A DNA stretch of 64,000 nucleotides, taken from positions 2,592,001 to 2,656,000 of the forward strand of contig OZ243927.1 in NCBI GenBank assembly GCA_965213925.1, read 5' to 3'. This DNA comes from Trueperaceae bacterium. GTDB taxonomy: Bacteria > Deinococcota > Deinococci > Deinococcales > Trueperaceae. Below the pieces are notes generated by a model. The model saw nothing but the letters and a program-made list of their open reading frames with translations. It was not told the DNA's origin and made no database searches. Made by a program: the position numbers and the translations under genes. Each line of letters begins with the position of its first letter. The stretch's first letter is position 1. Below are positions 9,012 through 20,009 of the stretch, in pieces.

Positions 9012-10763
9012 TTATTCCGACGTCTCTACAAGTGGCGTATCTGCGCTTTGAGCGCGGTCTCTTTCAGCGTGGACTGCGCCCTGTTCTTCTTCTAAAAGGG
9101 TGTTCGGCAGCGAGAACCCGAAGCAGCTCCCCTCACCGGGCGTGCTCCTCACCCACACCTCGCCGCCGTGCAACTCGACCAAACGCTTGCTGAGCGCAAG
9201 CCCCAAGCCTGTACCGCCGTAGTTGCGGGCGAGCGAGCTGTCCACCTGTGAAAAGGGCTGAAAGAGCTTGGCGAGGTCGTCCTCGGCGATGCCGATGCCG
9301 TTGTCTTCGACCTCGACGCGCAGCCAGCCGCCGACCTCTTGCGCCCTCAGCTCGACGCGCCCGCCTAGCGGCGTGAATTTAACCGCGTTGGCGAGGTAGT
9401 TGTAAAGCACCTGTTTCACGCGCAGTGGATCGCAGGAGAAGGGTGCTAGGGAACCCAGCGCAGCGGCGAGTTGAATTCCCTTCGCCGCTGCGCTGGGGCG
9501 AACGCCCTCCAGAGCCTCTTGCAAAAGCGGCTCCATAGGGGTTTGGCGGCGCGTCAAGCTCACCCTGTCCGCCTCGATTTTGGAGAGGTCTAAGAGGTCG
9601 TTGATGAGCGAGAGCAGGTGCGACCCGGAGTCGTGGATGCTCTTGACCTGCTCTTGCTGCTTGTCATTAAGCGGGCCGAAAAGCTCGTCGGCGAGCAGTT
9701 GTGAAAAGCCTAAAACGGCGGTTAGGGGCGTGCGCAGCTCGTGCGACATGGTCGCCAGAAATTCGCTCTTGAGGCGGTTCGCTCGCTCCAACGCGGTGTT
9801 ATTCTCGCGCAGCTCGGCCTGCGAGCTGCGTAGCGCCGCCTCGGTGCGCTTGTAATCGCTCAGGTCGCGCACGGCTGCGACGCGCACGGTGCGCTCTTTG
9901 TAGGGGAGGGAGCGCTCGAGCAACTCCACGGGCAACAAGCTGCCGTCGCGCCTACGCCCGACGATTTCGGCGGGTTGGCTGCGCACCACGTCCGAGGCGG
10001 TGCGCTCTCGCACAAAGGCGACGGACTCGGCCCCGACGAACTCACCCACATGCTGCCCGATAAGCTCGTCCGGGCGGTAGCCGATCATCGCGCCGAGCCT
10101 AGCGTTCGCGTCCAAGATAAGGCCTTTTTCGTGCACCACGATCCCTTCGAAGCTCGCGTCCGCTAGGCGCTGAAAGCGCTCTTCGCTCTCCCGTAGCGAC
10201 GCCACGGTGCGCTCCAAGGTGCGCTGCTCGGACGCTAAACGTTTCAAGATGCTCGAGCGCACCGTGTAAATTAGGACCGAAAAGAGCGACGCGGCGAAGA
10301 GCGCGAAGCCGTAATGCAGCGTTCCCGCGGTCGCCGTTTCGGGCAACGTGACGACGACGAGCCCCCAACTCAGCAAGGTAACACCGACTAAGCCGAGCAG
10401 CCAGGGAAGGGAGAGGAGCAGGCTGCCTAGAGCGACGATGAGGAGGAGCACGTTGGTCGTCTGTTCAATTTCGGCGGTGAGATAGAGGTGGGTCAAGCAG
10501 TTGCCGAGCACGATGCCCACGAGGAGCGCCGCGCAAGGATGCGCCCGAGCAGCGCGAACCGGACGCGCGCCCCAACGCCGGTATAGCGTTATGAAGAGCG
10601 CGGACGAGACGAGGGCGACCGCCGCCATAATGAGCGCAGCCGCGCCTTCTAATACGAAGAGATGGCTCGGAGCGTAGAAGAGGTAAAGAAGTGCCAGGAC
10701 GAGGGCGACGGTGCGCAGCTGCCTCGCGACCTCGAGGTCGAACCTCTCTTGCAGCGCGTCCAC
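9012..10763 (-). CDS. Membrane-bound PAS-domain sensor histidine kinase
   Basis: Multiple TM helices, PAS domain, H-box MSHELRTPL, N box NAVKFT, G boxes DNGIGI and GGTGLGL. Confidence 0.9.
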   Translation of the reverse strand: MDALQERFDLEVARQLRTVALVLALLYLFYAPSHLFVLEGAAALIMAAVALVSSALFITLYRRWGARPVRAARAHPCAALLVGIVLGNCLTHLYLTAEIEQTTNVLLLIVALGSLLLSLPWLLGLVGVTLLSWGLVVVTLPETATAGTLHYGFALFAASLFSVLIYTVRSSILKRLASEQRTLERTVASLRESEERFQRLADASFEGIVVHEKGLILDANARLGAMIGYRPDELIGQHVGEFVGAESVAFVRERTASDVVRSQPAEIVGRRRDGSLLPVELLERSLPYKERTVRVAAVRDLSDYKRTEAALRSSQAELRENNTALERANRLKSEFLATMSHELRTPLTAVLGFSQLLADELFGPLNDKQQEQVKSIHDSGSHLLSLINDLLDLSKIEADRVSLTRRQTPMEPLLQEALEGVRPSAAAKGIQLAAALGSLAPFSCDPLRVKQVLYNYLANAVKFTPLGGRVELRAQEVGGWLRVEVEDNGIGIAEDDLAKLFQPFSQVDSSLARNYGGTGLGLALSKRLVELHGGEVWVRSTPGEGSCFGFSLPNTLLEEEQGAVHAERDRAQSADTPLVETSE

Positions 10764-10765
10764 GT

Positions 10766-11677
10766 TCAGGTCGCTCGGTGCGTGCGGTCCGCACCGTGAG
10801 CGCTACCGTAGCGCGCGCTGAGCGCGGCGGCGCGTTCGGCTAACGCGGGCAATTGCTCTCTATCTACACCTGTGCGGAAGCCCCTGACCTCCAAAAACGG
10901 CGCGACCTGTTCGGTAGGCAAGTTGCCCACGAGGTCGTCCGCTGCGAAGGGACAGCCGCCCACGCCCGCGAGCGCCCCTTCGAACCAGCGCAACCCGTAG
11001 GACAGAGCGACCTCCAAAGGTTCCTGCCAAGCGTCGGGGCGCGCGTGCAGGTGTAAGCCGAGCGTGGCGAGCGCGGCGACCTCTTGCGCGGCGCGCAGCA
11101 CCGCGTCTACGCGCGCCGCGTCCGCCGTGCCGACCGTGTCCGCAAGGGCGATGTCCGTTACGCCCATCTCCCTGAGCCGCGCCACCGCCGCCGCCGTGTC
11201 GTCCGGTTCCCAAGGCTCGCCGTACGGGTTGCCGAAGCCCATCGAGAGGTAGACGGTGAAGCCGACGCCGTGAGCTTGGGTCGTCTCGAGCATCGTCTCG
11301 GCGAGTCTCCACGAGTCCGCCAAGTCGCGCCCGGTGTTGCGCTTTTGAAAGGTCTCGTTCACCGAGAGCGGGTAGCCGACGCTGGTGACGCGCGCGTCTA
11401 CCGCTCGGGTCAGACCGCGCTCGTTGGCGACGATCCCCAAGAGGTCTACGTCCGATCCCAACGCGCTAAGGGACGCCAAGACGTCCTCCGTGTCCGCGAG
11501 CTGCGGCACGGCTTTCGGCGAGACGAACGAGCCCATGTCGAGCGAGCGGAAGCCCGCGGCTAAGAGCGCCTTGAGGTAACGCACCTTCTCTTCGGTCGGG
11601 ATGAACCCCGCTAAACCCTGCCAAGCGTCGCGCGGACACTCGACGTAACGCACTTCGTTCGTCCCTGACCCATTCAT
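10766..11677 (-). CDS. Hydroxymethylglutaryl-CoA lyase
   Basis: ECPRDAWQG, SFVSPKAVPQLAD, LADTVG, GLHLH, GGCPFA, GNLPTE. Confidence 0.88.
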   Translation of the reverse strand: MNGSGTNEVRYVECPRDAWQGLAGFIPTEEKVRYLKALLAAGFRSLDMGSFVSPKAVPQLADTEDVLASLSALGSDVDLLGIVANERGLTRAVDARVTSVGYPLSVNETFQKRNTGRDLADSWRLAETMLETTQAHGVGFTVYLSMGFGNPYGEPWEPDDTAAAVARLREMGVTDIALADTVGTADAARVDAVLRAAQEVAALATLGLHLHARPDAWQEPLEVALSYGLRWFEGALAGVGGCPFAADDLVGNLPTEQVAPFLEVRGFRTGVDREQLPALAERAAALSARYGSAHGADRTHRAT

Positions 11678-11807
11678 CCTTGCAGTATAGCTAATATGAG
11701 AGGTCTCGGACGTAGGATCGGCTCAACGTGCACGTCCCGCTCTTGTGACGCAAAGGTTCTGTAGCCTCTTACGTCTTCTCCTCCTCGCACCCTTTATACT
11801 TGTCCCT

Positions 11808-13424
11808 GTGTTAGTCGCTCTGGAGCTTAAAGACTTCGCCATCGTAGACGAGTTGCGCTTAGAACTCTCGCCGGGGCTCAACGTCTTGACAGGGGAGACG
11901 GGCGCGGGTAAGTCCATCCTGATCGACGCACTGAGCCTCCTCATCGGCGGACGCGCCGACTCGTCGCTCGTGCGCACCGGGGCGCAGAGTGCGCTTATTC
12001 AAGGGCTTTTCGAGGACGCCCGCTTGGAGTCGGCGGCGCGGCGTCTGCAGCGTTCGGGGCGCTCTAGCGCCCGTGTGGACGGCGAACTCGTCACGGTGGG
12101 TGAACTCTCCGAGGTGGGCGGACACCTCATCGCGATCCACGGACAGCACGCTTCGCAGACGCTACTAGATAGCGCGGCGCAGCGTCAACTGTTAGACCGT
12201 TTGCTGCCGCCTAAAGCACAAGGCACGCTGCGCGACCTCCGCGCCACTTACCGCCGTTTTACGGAGGTCGAAAGAGAACTCGCCGCGCTTAAAACCGCCC
12301 TGCGCGAACGGGCGCAGCGGCTCGACATGCTCGAGTTTCAACTGCAAGAGATCGGCGCGGCAAACCTCCAAGCGGATGAAGAGGTGGCGCTCCGCGACCG
12401 TTTAGACAGCTTGCGCCACGCCGAGCGCATCGTGCAGGGTGCGAGCCGCGCGGTGCAGGGGCTCAGCGAGGGTGAAGCGAACGCCGTCGACCTCATTGCT
12501 TTAGCCCTGCGCGACCTGCAGGGCGCGGGGCGCTACAACAAGACGCTCGCCGACCTGGGCGGTGAGCTGAGCGACGCGCTCGCCAGCACCGAAGCGATCA
12601 GCGCCGAAGTGAGCAGTTTTTTGAGCGATTTCGAGATGGACGCGGGGCAGCTCGAGCGCTCCGAGCGCCGCCTCGCCCAGATCGAAGGGCTCAAGCTCAA
12701 ATACGGCGACAGCGTGGCGGCGGTGCTCGAGTACTACGAGCGTGCGAGCGAGGAGTTGCGGCGGCTCGAGCGGGCTGAAGGTGATATGAGCGACCTGGAG
12801 GCGGAGCGCGCGCGCTTACGGGAGGCGTTGCAAACACTAGCGGACGCCCTGAGCTGCGCGAGAAGAGACGCCGCCAAAACCCTCTCCGAGACCGTAACGC
12901 GCGAACTCCGTCCGCTCGGCATGGCGAACGCTCATTTTGTGGTCGGTTTAGAGCGCCGCGACGACGTCAACCAACACGGACAGGACAAAGTTACCTTTCT
13001 CTTTAGCGCTAACTTGGGCGAGCCGCCCGCGCCGCTGAGCGCGGTGGCGTCGGGGGGCGAACTATCGAGGCTCATGCTCAGCCTCAACGTCGCGACGGGC
13101 ACGGACGCCGCGACGCTCATCTTCGACGAGGTGGACGCTGGGCTCGGCGGTCAGACCGCCCGCTCGGTCGGCGCGCTTCTCAAACGCCTCGCCGCGCGCC
13201 ACCAGGTGCTCGTCGTGACGCACCTGCCGCAAGTTGCCGCCTTTGCCGACACGCAGTTCTTTGTAGAGAAGCTCGAGCGTTCGGGTCGCACGACCACGCG
13301 CATCTCGCGCTTAGACCCACAGGGGCGCGAAGCCGAACTCGCGCGGATGCTCTCGGGCGGGGCGACGGAAACGGCGCTCGCGCACGCGCGCGAACTGCTA
13401 CAAGAGGTCAAAGCGGTTGCTTAG
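11808..13424 (+). CDS. recN: DNA repair protein RecN
   Basis: LTGETGAGKSILIDAL, HGQH, ASGGELSRLML, FDEVDAG, VTHLPQVAA; GTG start at 11808. Confidence 0.95.
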   Translation: MLVALELKDFAIVDELRLELSPGLNVLTGETGAGKSILIDALSLLIGGRADSSLVRTGAQSALIQGLFEDARLESAARRLQRSGRSSARVDGELVTVGELSEVGGHLIAIHGQHASQTLLDSAAQRQLLDRLLPPKAQGTLRDLRATYRRFTEVERELAALKTALRERAQRLDMLEFQLQEIGAANLQADEEVALRDRLDSLRHAERIVQGASRAVQGLSEGEANAVDLIALALRDLQGAGRYNKTLADLGGELSDALASTEAISAEVSSFLSDFEMDAGQLERSERRLAQIEGLKLKYGDSVAAVLEYYERASEELRRLERAEGDMSDLEAERARLREALQTLADALSCARRDAAKTLSETVTRELRPLGMANAHFVVGLERRDDVNQHGQDKVTFLFSANLGEPPAPLSAVASGGELSRLMLSLNVATGTDAATLIFDEVDAGLGGQTARSVGALLKRLAARHQVLVVTHLPQVAAFADTQFFVEKLERSGRTTTRISRLDPQGREAELARMLSGGATETALAHARELLQEVKAVA

Positions 13425-13433
13425 GCTGAGGCG

Positions 13434-14060
13434 ATGAACGTGCCAAGTTTACGCGAAGCTGAAGGGTTCCTCGCCGAAGCGCAGGCGCGCAACCCCGGTC
13501 CTTGGGTCGCGCATTCACGTAACGTGGGTAGAGCGGCGGAGGCGATCGCAACGTATTGTGTAGGGCTCGAGCCCGGCGAAGCCCTCGTCTTGGGCTACCT
13601 CCACGACATCGGACGGCGCGAGGGCGTGACCGCCAACCGGCATATGCTCGACGGCTACACCTTTCTCGCGGAGGAGGGTTACACGGACGCCGCGCAGATT
13701 TGCCTGACCCACTCCTTTCCCATATCCGATAACCGCGCCCTGGAAACGGCAATAGGCGCGTGGGACTGCTCGGAGGAGGAGCTGGCGTTCGTTGAGCGTT
13801 ACGTAGGGGACCTGACCTACACTGACTACGACAGGTTGCTCCAGCTCTGCGACTGCTTGGCGCTAGCCTCTGGTTGCTGCACGTTGGAAAAGCGCTTTGT
13901 CGATGTGACGCTGCGCTACGGCTTCAACGACTTTACGCTCCCCCGCTGGCGCGCGTACTTGAACCTTCAAACTTACTTCGAAGGGGAGATGTCGCGCCCG
14001 CTCTACAGCGTTCTCCCCGGCGTTATAGAAACGACCTTGGGCTTCTCCGAGGTGTCTTGA
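13434..14060 (+). CDS. HD-domain phosphohydrolase
   Basis: HSRNV...LHDIGR...THSF...LCD motifs. Confidence 0.8.
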   Translation: MNVPSLREAEGFLAEAQARNPGPWVAHSRNVGRAAEAIATYCVGLEPGEALVLGYLHDIGRREGVTANRHMLDGYTFLAEEGYTDAAQICLTHSFPISDNRALETAIGAWDCSEEELAFVERYVGDLTYTDYDRLLQLCDCLALASGCCTLEKRFVDVTLRYGFNDFTLPRWRAYLNLQTYFEGEMSRPLYSVLPGVIETTLGFSEVS

Positions 14061-14651
14061 AGCAACAGCGCGCGCAAAGTCGTGCAGAACAACACTTCTC
14101 TGCTCACGCAAGCTTCTACAACGCTAAAGACATCGTCCCTAAATGTGCGTACCAGTCGGTATTCTCCCAAGTAGGAGTGCAGTAAATGGGCTAGCATCTG
14201 CTAAATTATTCACGAACTAGAAAGTTGTGAAACTTTTCTTTATTGAGTGAACAAAGAAGGGCGCGAACGGTTGGGAGAATCCTTTGCAGGACACCGTTCG
14301 CACCTGTTGTTAGGGTAGCGGATAGGCTCTTACAAAATTCTGACTCGAGCCCTTCGCGCTATCTTTCGCCGGGTACTCCCGACGGTTCTTCTTTTCGGGC
14401 TCCTCGGTCTAGGCGTCTTATAAAAACATTCACGCTCAAAAAGCTCGAGCTGATGTCCGCTTTTGTCGTTTCCACGCAACTAGGCACGCCGCTCGCCGCC
14501 TCAGCCACAACCTTCTATTTCAGCGAGTCGCTTTCGCTGACCAAGCTCGGCTTCGCTAAGGTCACATTGGTCGGCGTCACCGGGCCGACGCTGAGCGGAG
14601 GAAGCTGCCGGCCGCACGCTTCGTATCTACGCTGCGCCTAAACCGGGTGCA

Positions 14652-15305
14652 CTACTCCGAACGTAGCACCGTCCAGAGCGCCTCGTCGGTGAAGTCGCGA
14701 ATGACGAGCGCCGCGCCCGACTTCTTGAGGTCTTCGGGCTTTTGCGTGGTGGCCATACCGACCGTGAGGATGCCCGCGCTCGAGGCGGAGCGAACCCCCG
14801 CCAGCGAATCCTCGAAGACGAGCGCCTGCTCAGCGGAGACGCCTAGCTCCTCTAAGCTCTTCTCATACGGAAGCGGGTCGGGTTTGCCGTGCTCCAACTC
14901 CTCCGCTAAGACGAGCACCGGGAACGTCTCGCCTAGACCCGCCGCTTGCAGCATAAAGTTCACATTTTCACGCGGCGCACTCGTCACGAGCGCCCGCTTC
15001 ATCTCCTTGTTATCCATCCAAGAGAGCAGGTCGATTAAGCCCTGCATGGGCGTCAAGTCCTCAGCGAAGTCGCGGAACTTCGCCTCTTTCTCGTTCATAA
15101 TATCGGCGCGTTCCTCGTCAGAGAGGTCGGGGAAGAGGTCGCGTAAGATGTCCATGTTGGGGCGACCGCTCATCTCGGCGTTATAAAACTCACGGTCGAT
15201 CTCTTTGTCTCGCGCGCTCAACACCTCGTGATAGGCGCGAAAATGAATATCATCTGTGTCGATAAGCGTGCCGTCCATGTCGAAAATGATTGCCTCAAAC
15301 GTCAT
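14652..15305 (-). CDS. HAD-family phosphatase
   Basis: FDMDGTL, VTSA, GKPDP, FEDS. Confidence 0.9.
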   Translation of the reverse strand: MTFEAIIFDMDGTLIDTDDIHFRAYHEVLSARDKEIDREFYNAEMSGRPNMDILRDLFPDLSDEERADIMNEKEAKFRDFAEDLTPMQGLIDLLSWMDNKEMKRALVTSAPRENVNFMLQAAGLGETFPVLVLAEELEHGKPDPLPYEKSLEELGVSAEQALVFEDSLAGVRSASSAGILTVGMATTQKPEDLKKSGAALVIRDFTDEALWTVLRSE

Positions 15306-15483
15306 GGCTCAGTCTATAGGAAAGTGCGCCCCTTCACATCCCGCTCCAGCGCACAAAGCGGCGTGATAAAATAATTTAGTGATCTTACGATTAAAGCGCA
15401 ATCAATGTAAAATGCCTTTATAACTAAATTAAAAAAGTGTTTTGTTTTAAAATTATTAAGTTGATTCATAAAGGAGGTTAGGA

Positions 15484-16812
15484 ATGAGTTACAAAAACTT
15501 GACGGAACGCCGCGCTCAGGCGGTCGCCTCTGCCGTTTATTCCGTCCATCCCTTTTACCCGCAAAGAGCCGAAGGGTCTTACGTATGGGACAGCGAGGGC
15601 AAGAAGTATCTCGACTGGTCCACGGGCATCGCGGTCATGAACATAGGACATTCGCACCCGAAAGTTCTGGAGGCGGTGCGCAGGCAGAGCGAGACCTTTC
15701 AGCACCTCTGTTTTGCGGTGGGGATGCACGAAACCTACATCCAGCTCTGCGAAAAGCTGGGCGAAATCGCGCCGGGGTCGTCGCCCAAAAAGACTTTTTT
15801 GATCAATTCGGGCGCGGAAGCGGTGGAGAACGCGGTGAAGATCGCCCGCGTCGCCACCGGACGTCAAGGGGTGGTCGCCTTTACCCACGCCTTTCATGGG
15901 CGCACGCACATGGCGCTCTCCTTGACGGGCAAGGCGAACCCTTACAAGGCGGGCTTCGCGCCCCGCGCCGCCGAAGTCTACCGCGCCCAGTACCCGTACT
16001 GCTACCGCTGCCCCTATACCGGACCCAGTGATAAAGAGGACGGAAGGTGCTGCCAGAGCGACCTCACGCGGCTGCGTGAGATGGTCAAGTACACGGTCGG
16101 TGAGGGCGAGGTGGCGGCGTTTCTGCTCGAGCCCGTTGCGGGCGAAGGCGGTTTCATCCCCGCGCCCCCCGAGTTCTTGCGCGCCCTACGCGACTACTGC
16201 GACGAAATCGGCGCACTGTGGATCGACGACGAGATTCAGTCGGGTATCGGGCGCACGGGCGCGTGGTGGGCGGTCGATCATTATAACTTAGAGCCCGACC
16301 TCGTCACGAGCGCCAAGGCGCTCTCGTCGGGCTTTCCCGTTTCGGCGGTGGTCGGCAAGGCGGAGGTGATGGACCAGGTTCAGCCCGGTCAGATCGGCTC
16401 GACCTTCGGCGGCAACCCGACCGCGTGCGCCGCCGCTTTAGCCACCTTGGAGGTCATCGAAGAAGAGGGACTCTTAGCGCGTGCGCAGGAGATCGGCGCA
16501 GTGGCGAAAGAGCGCCTCGGCGCGCTACAAAAGGAGCATCCGCAGATCGGCGACGTGCGCGGTGTGGGGGCAATGATCGGGCTCGAGTTCGTTTTCGAGG
16601 ACGGCGTAACGCCCCACCCCGCCGCCGTCGAAGCGGTCGTCACGCACGCTAGAGACCACGGGCTCATCCTCTTGCCGACGGGAACCTACAGCAACGTCAT
16701 CCGGTTACTTCCGCCCATCAACATGGGCGATGAAGAGTTGGACGAGGGCTTGAGCAAACTGGAAACGGCGGTGAAGCGTGCGCTCGAGCTTGCCGTCGTC
16801 GGTATGGATTGA
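15484..16812 (+). CDS. gabT: 4-aminobutyrate aminotransferase-like class III aminotransferase
   Basis: NSGAEAVENAVKIAR, AFHGRT, EPVAGEGG, DEIQSGIGRTG, AKALSSG; AT-rich upstream region with RBS AAGGAGG. Confidence 0.8.
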   Translation: MSYKNLTERRAQAVASAVYSVHPFYPQRAEGSYVWDSEGKKYLDWSTGIAVMNIGHSHPKVLEAVRRQSETFQHLCFAVGMHETYIQLCEKLGEIAPGSSPKKTFLINSGAEAVENAVKIARVATGRQGVVAFTHAFHGRTHMALSLTGKANPYKAGFAPRAAEVYRAQYPYCYRCPYTGPSDKEDGRCCQSDLTRLREMVKYTVGEGEVAAFLLEPVAGEGGFIPAPPEFLRALRDYCDEIGALWIDDEIQSGIGRTGAWWAVDHYNLEPDLVTSAKALSSGFPVSAVVGKAEVMDQVQPGQIGSTFGGNPTACAAALATLEVIEEEGLLARAQEIGAVAKERLGALQKEHPQIGDVRGVGAMIGLEFVFEDGVTPHPAAVEAVVTHARDHGLILLPTGTYSNVIRLLPPINMGDEELDEGLSKLETAVKRALELAVVGMD

Positions 16813-16903
16813 CGTAGATTCCGGTGAGCCATACTGTTTCGGGGCGATTCCTACAAGAATCGCCCCGAAACTAGTGTATCTTTCTCGCGGAGTTACTCGA
16901 CCT

Positions 16904-17794
16904 TTACCAGCCTCTCGTCGCCAAAAGCTCCTCTTCTTTCAAGTCAGGGATGTTGATCCCGACCATCGCCTCGCCTAAGTCGCGGGAAACTTCCGCCAAG
17001 ATGTCGGGGTTATCGTAGTGCGTCACCGCTTTGACGATGGCTTGACCGCGCTTCACGGGGTCGCCCGACTTGAAAATGCCCGAGCCGACGAACACGCCGT
17101 CCACGCCGAGCTGCATCATGAGCGCGGCGTCGGCGGGCGTCGCGACGCCCCCGGCGGCGAAATTCACGACGGGTAGCGTCCCGTTTTCGTGGATGTACAC
17201 GACCAACTCGTAAGGCGCTCTGAGGTCCCTCGCGGTGGTCATCAGCTCTTCGCGCGGCAGGTTCTGAATGCGGCGAATCTCGCCCATGATGGTGCGGGCG
17301 TGGCGCACCGCCTCGACGACGTTGCCCGTGCCCGCCTCGCCTTTCGTGCGGATCATCGACGCGCCCTCCCCGATGCGGCGAAGCGCTTCGCCCAAGTCTT
17401 TCGCGCCGCACACGAAGGGCACGGTAAAGGCGTGCTTATCGATGTGAAAGCTTTCGTCAGCGGGCGTGAGCACCTCGGACTCGTCGATGAAGTCCGCGCC
17501 CAAGGCCTGTAAAATCTGCGCTTCGACGAAGTGACCGATGCGCGCTTTGACCATCACCGGGATCGAGACCGCGCCTAAAATTCCCTCGATCATGCTCGGG
17601 TCCGACATTCGCGCGACGCCGCCCTGAGCGCGAATGTCGGCGGGCACGCGCTCTAAAGCCATCACTGCCGTCGCGCCTGCGTCCTCGGCGATGCGCGCTT
17701 GTTCGGGGTCGATGACGTCCATGATGACGCCGCCCTTAAACATCTCCGCGAAGCCGGTTTTGATCCTGAGTGAGCCGATGGTGGTTTCTGGCAT
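16904..17794 (-). CDS. pdxS: Pyridoxal 5'-phosphate synthase lyase subunit
   Basis: [45 protein letters not shown] start at 17794. Confidence 0.96.
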   Translation of the reverse strand: MPETTIGSLRIKTGFAEMFKGGVIMDVIDPEQARIAEDAGATAVMALERVPADIRAQGGVARMSDPSMIEGILGAVSIPVMVKARIGHFVEAQILQALGADFIDESEVLTPADESFHIDKHAFTVPFVCGAKDLGEALRRIGEGASMIRTKGEAGTGNVVEAVRHARTIMGEIRRIQNLPREELMTTARDLRAPYELVVYIHENGTLPVVNFAAGGVATPADAALMMQLGVDGVFVGSGIFKSGDPVKRGQAIVKAVTHYDNPDILAEVSRDLGEAMVGINIPDLKEEELLATRGW

Positions 17795-18567
17795 GGTAAT
17801 CCTCCGTGCAAAATAGCGTAAAACGTGACCTCGAGGGGTCAAGTATGGCGCTCAGTATACGCTGTAACCCCCCGTTTCACACGTCGCTTGGTGGTCAATG
17901 CTTGATCTAGTTACTTGGCTTAGTTCGCGTAGGGACGGCTGGAGAAGAAATCAGTAGACGTCCCTTACCACTGCCGTTTGGACCTGCTTGGGAAAAGTGC
18001 CATTCGGTCATCCGTGTAGGAAAACTCAATATCGGCGCGAAAACGCAGCGGCGCACGAAAGTAGAGGGCAGCGCCTGGTGAAAACGGCGAAGCGCCTTCA
18101 ATTGCCGGGGGGAGTCAAGAGGTTCGCCGTCCCCGCCACCGCTGCCCCTAACGCCACTTTAGAGGCTGACTGGACTCCTCAATCGTAGCCTTGTTCACGC
18201 TTACTAGTTTTTATGAGCGCTCGAGGAAGCCGACAAACTTTGACTTTCGTAGTTATTGGAGGATTTTGATCGACCGCTGCTCTACTTGCGCAATCGTAGC
18301 GAGGACTCTACCGGGCGAAGATGGAGTCGTAAGACTGGCTTAAACCAGGTGATATAGCCTTTCCATGTGGGCCAAAAGAAGTCCGCGAGGAGAGAGTTGG
18401 ATGCGTTTCATCACGTGTCTCCTCGCGGTGTTCCGCTGGCTGTCCCCCGGCGGGGTCGGACGGATGCTCGGTCCGTCTTGCTCTTATGATAAAGGACCGT
18501 GCGTACAAACGTGAAGAGGTGACTGCACCAGTCCTCCCCCACCACCTGTACTAGCAGGGGGTGGACG

Positions 18568-19824
18568 CTAAAAGCTCGCGAGCCCGCGTTCGCGCGCCCA
18601 CACGACGGCTTCGGCGCGCGAATGCACCCCGATCTTCTCATAAATCTGCGTGATGTAGTTGCGCACGGTCTGTTTGGCGATGCCTAAGTCCTGCGCGATG
18701 GTCGTGTTGTCCAACCCCTGAGCGAGCCGCTCCAACACTTCGCGTTCCCGCTTGGTGAGCCCCGAGACCGCGGCGGTATCGACCCCTTCTGAACGCAGCA
18801 GGGCGAGCTTCTCCATGACCGAGCGCGAAAGCCACGCGGTATCGGACATGACCTCTTCGATGGCCTGCACGAGTTGACGCTCGGTGCGCTGGCGCTCGGT
18901 CACGTCATAAAACATGAGGAGCACGTCGGCGGCGAACTCGGTGGTGCCGGGTTTGCGGGTAGCGGGTTTCGTCGCGTGAGGTCCTATGTCGGGCTCAACA
19001 GCGTCGGACTTAGTGGCGGCGGGCTCGGCGCGGCGCTCCGCGTCGCTCAGGACCTCGGCGGAAGCTAACACGTCGCGGGTGTCGCCGGTTTTGGTGCGAA
19101 TCTGCAAGGCGAGTTCGCGAAAGCCGTGACCGCTCGCTAGGTGCGCGGCAAAGGAAGCCCGGTCCGCTTCGGACTGCCACAGCCCGAGTTCAGCGCCGCT
19201 CCGCTTGAGGACCTCCTCTTCCCGGAAGCCCGTCAGCGTCAGGAAGCTCTTGTTGACCTCGATGATGCGCCGCCCCTGCAGCATACACGCGGGCACGGGC
19301 GCAACGTGGAACATCGTGCTGAGGCGCACCTCGACCTCTTTTTGCGCGGTGATGTCAGCGAAGGTCAGGATGCCGCAGGTGTCGCCGTCTAGCTCTAAAG
19401 GTTTCGCCGAGATGAGCACCGTTTTCTCGAGCCCCGACTTCGTCTTCACACCCGCTTCGACCTTGGAGGCTTGCTGCCAGGTGCGCGGCGCGTTGAGGAG
19501 CGCCTCGCGCTGACGCGGGTCGCTGAAGAGGTCCAGTTGCGGCAGCGCTTCGCCGCGCACCTCACGCTGAGCGTAACCCGTCAACTCCGCAAAGCCGCTA
19601 TTCACCATCATGATGCGCTCGTCCATGAGCCGCACGATAATGGCGGGGGCGGGGTTCACGTCGAAAACGGCGTAGAAGCGCTCCTCCGCCTCCTGCCGTT
19701 CACGCTCCGCCCTGTCTTTTTGCGCCTCGGCCCTAGCCTTGTCGTCCCTCAGCTCGTCTTTAGCCTTTTCCTTAGCGCCTCTATCTTTAATATCGCTCAC
19801 GTTGTCCCCAACTGCTGTCCCCAA
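18568..19824 (-). CDS. PAS-domain LuxR-family transcriptional regulator
   Basis: Two PAS repeats; C-terminal LTKREREVL...GLDN..IA..L.I...TVRNY HTH. Confidence 0.85.
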   Translation of the reverse strand: MGTAVGDNVSDIKDRGAKEKAKDELRDDKARAEAQKDRAERERQEAEERFYAVFDVNPAPAIIVRLMDERIMMVNSGFAELTGYAQREVRGEALPQLDLFSDPRQREALLNAPRTWQQASKVEAGVKTKSGLEKTVLISAKPLELDGDTCGILTFADITAQKEVEVRLSTMFHVAPVPACMLQGRRIIEVNKSFLTLTGFREEEVLKRSGAELGLWQSEADRASFAAHLASGHGFRELALQIRTKTGDTRDVLASAEVLSDAERRAEPAATKSDAVEPDIGPHATKPATRKPGTTEFAADVLLMFYDVTERQRTERQLVQAIEEVMSDTAWLSRSVMEKLALLRSEGVDTAAVSGLTKREREVLERLAQGLDNTTIAQDLGIAKQTVRNYITQIYEKIGVHSRAEAVVWARERGLASF

Positions 19825-20009
19825 CTTCTGCTGGCTGCTGCCTCCGGCGGATTTGCCTTAGTTAATACGTCTATTCTACATCATCTTGCCGCGCAGGCGT
19901 TCCGGGTCGTTCGCGCTGCAAGGATAAGGAGGTAGGAATGGGGGGTGAAAACGCCCTTTCTCCTCATTCCCTCGCCGAGCACACAGCCGCGGACGCGCTA
20001 TACTCAGCT

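Noticed and set aside
14243..14641. 132-aa ORF between the HD and HAD genes
   Set aside because: No recognisable motif, weak start and atypical composition; at most a decayed fragment.
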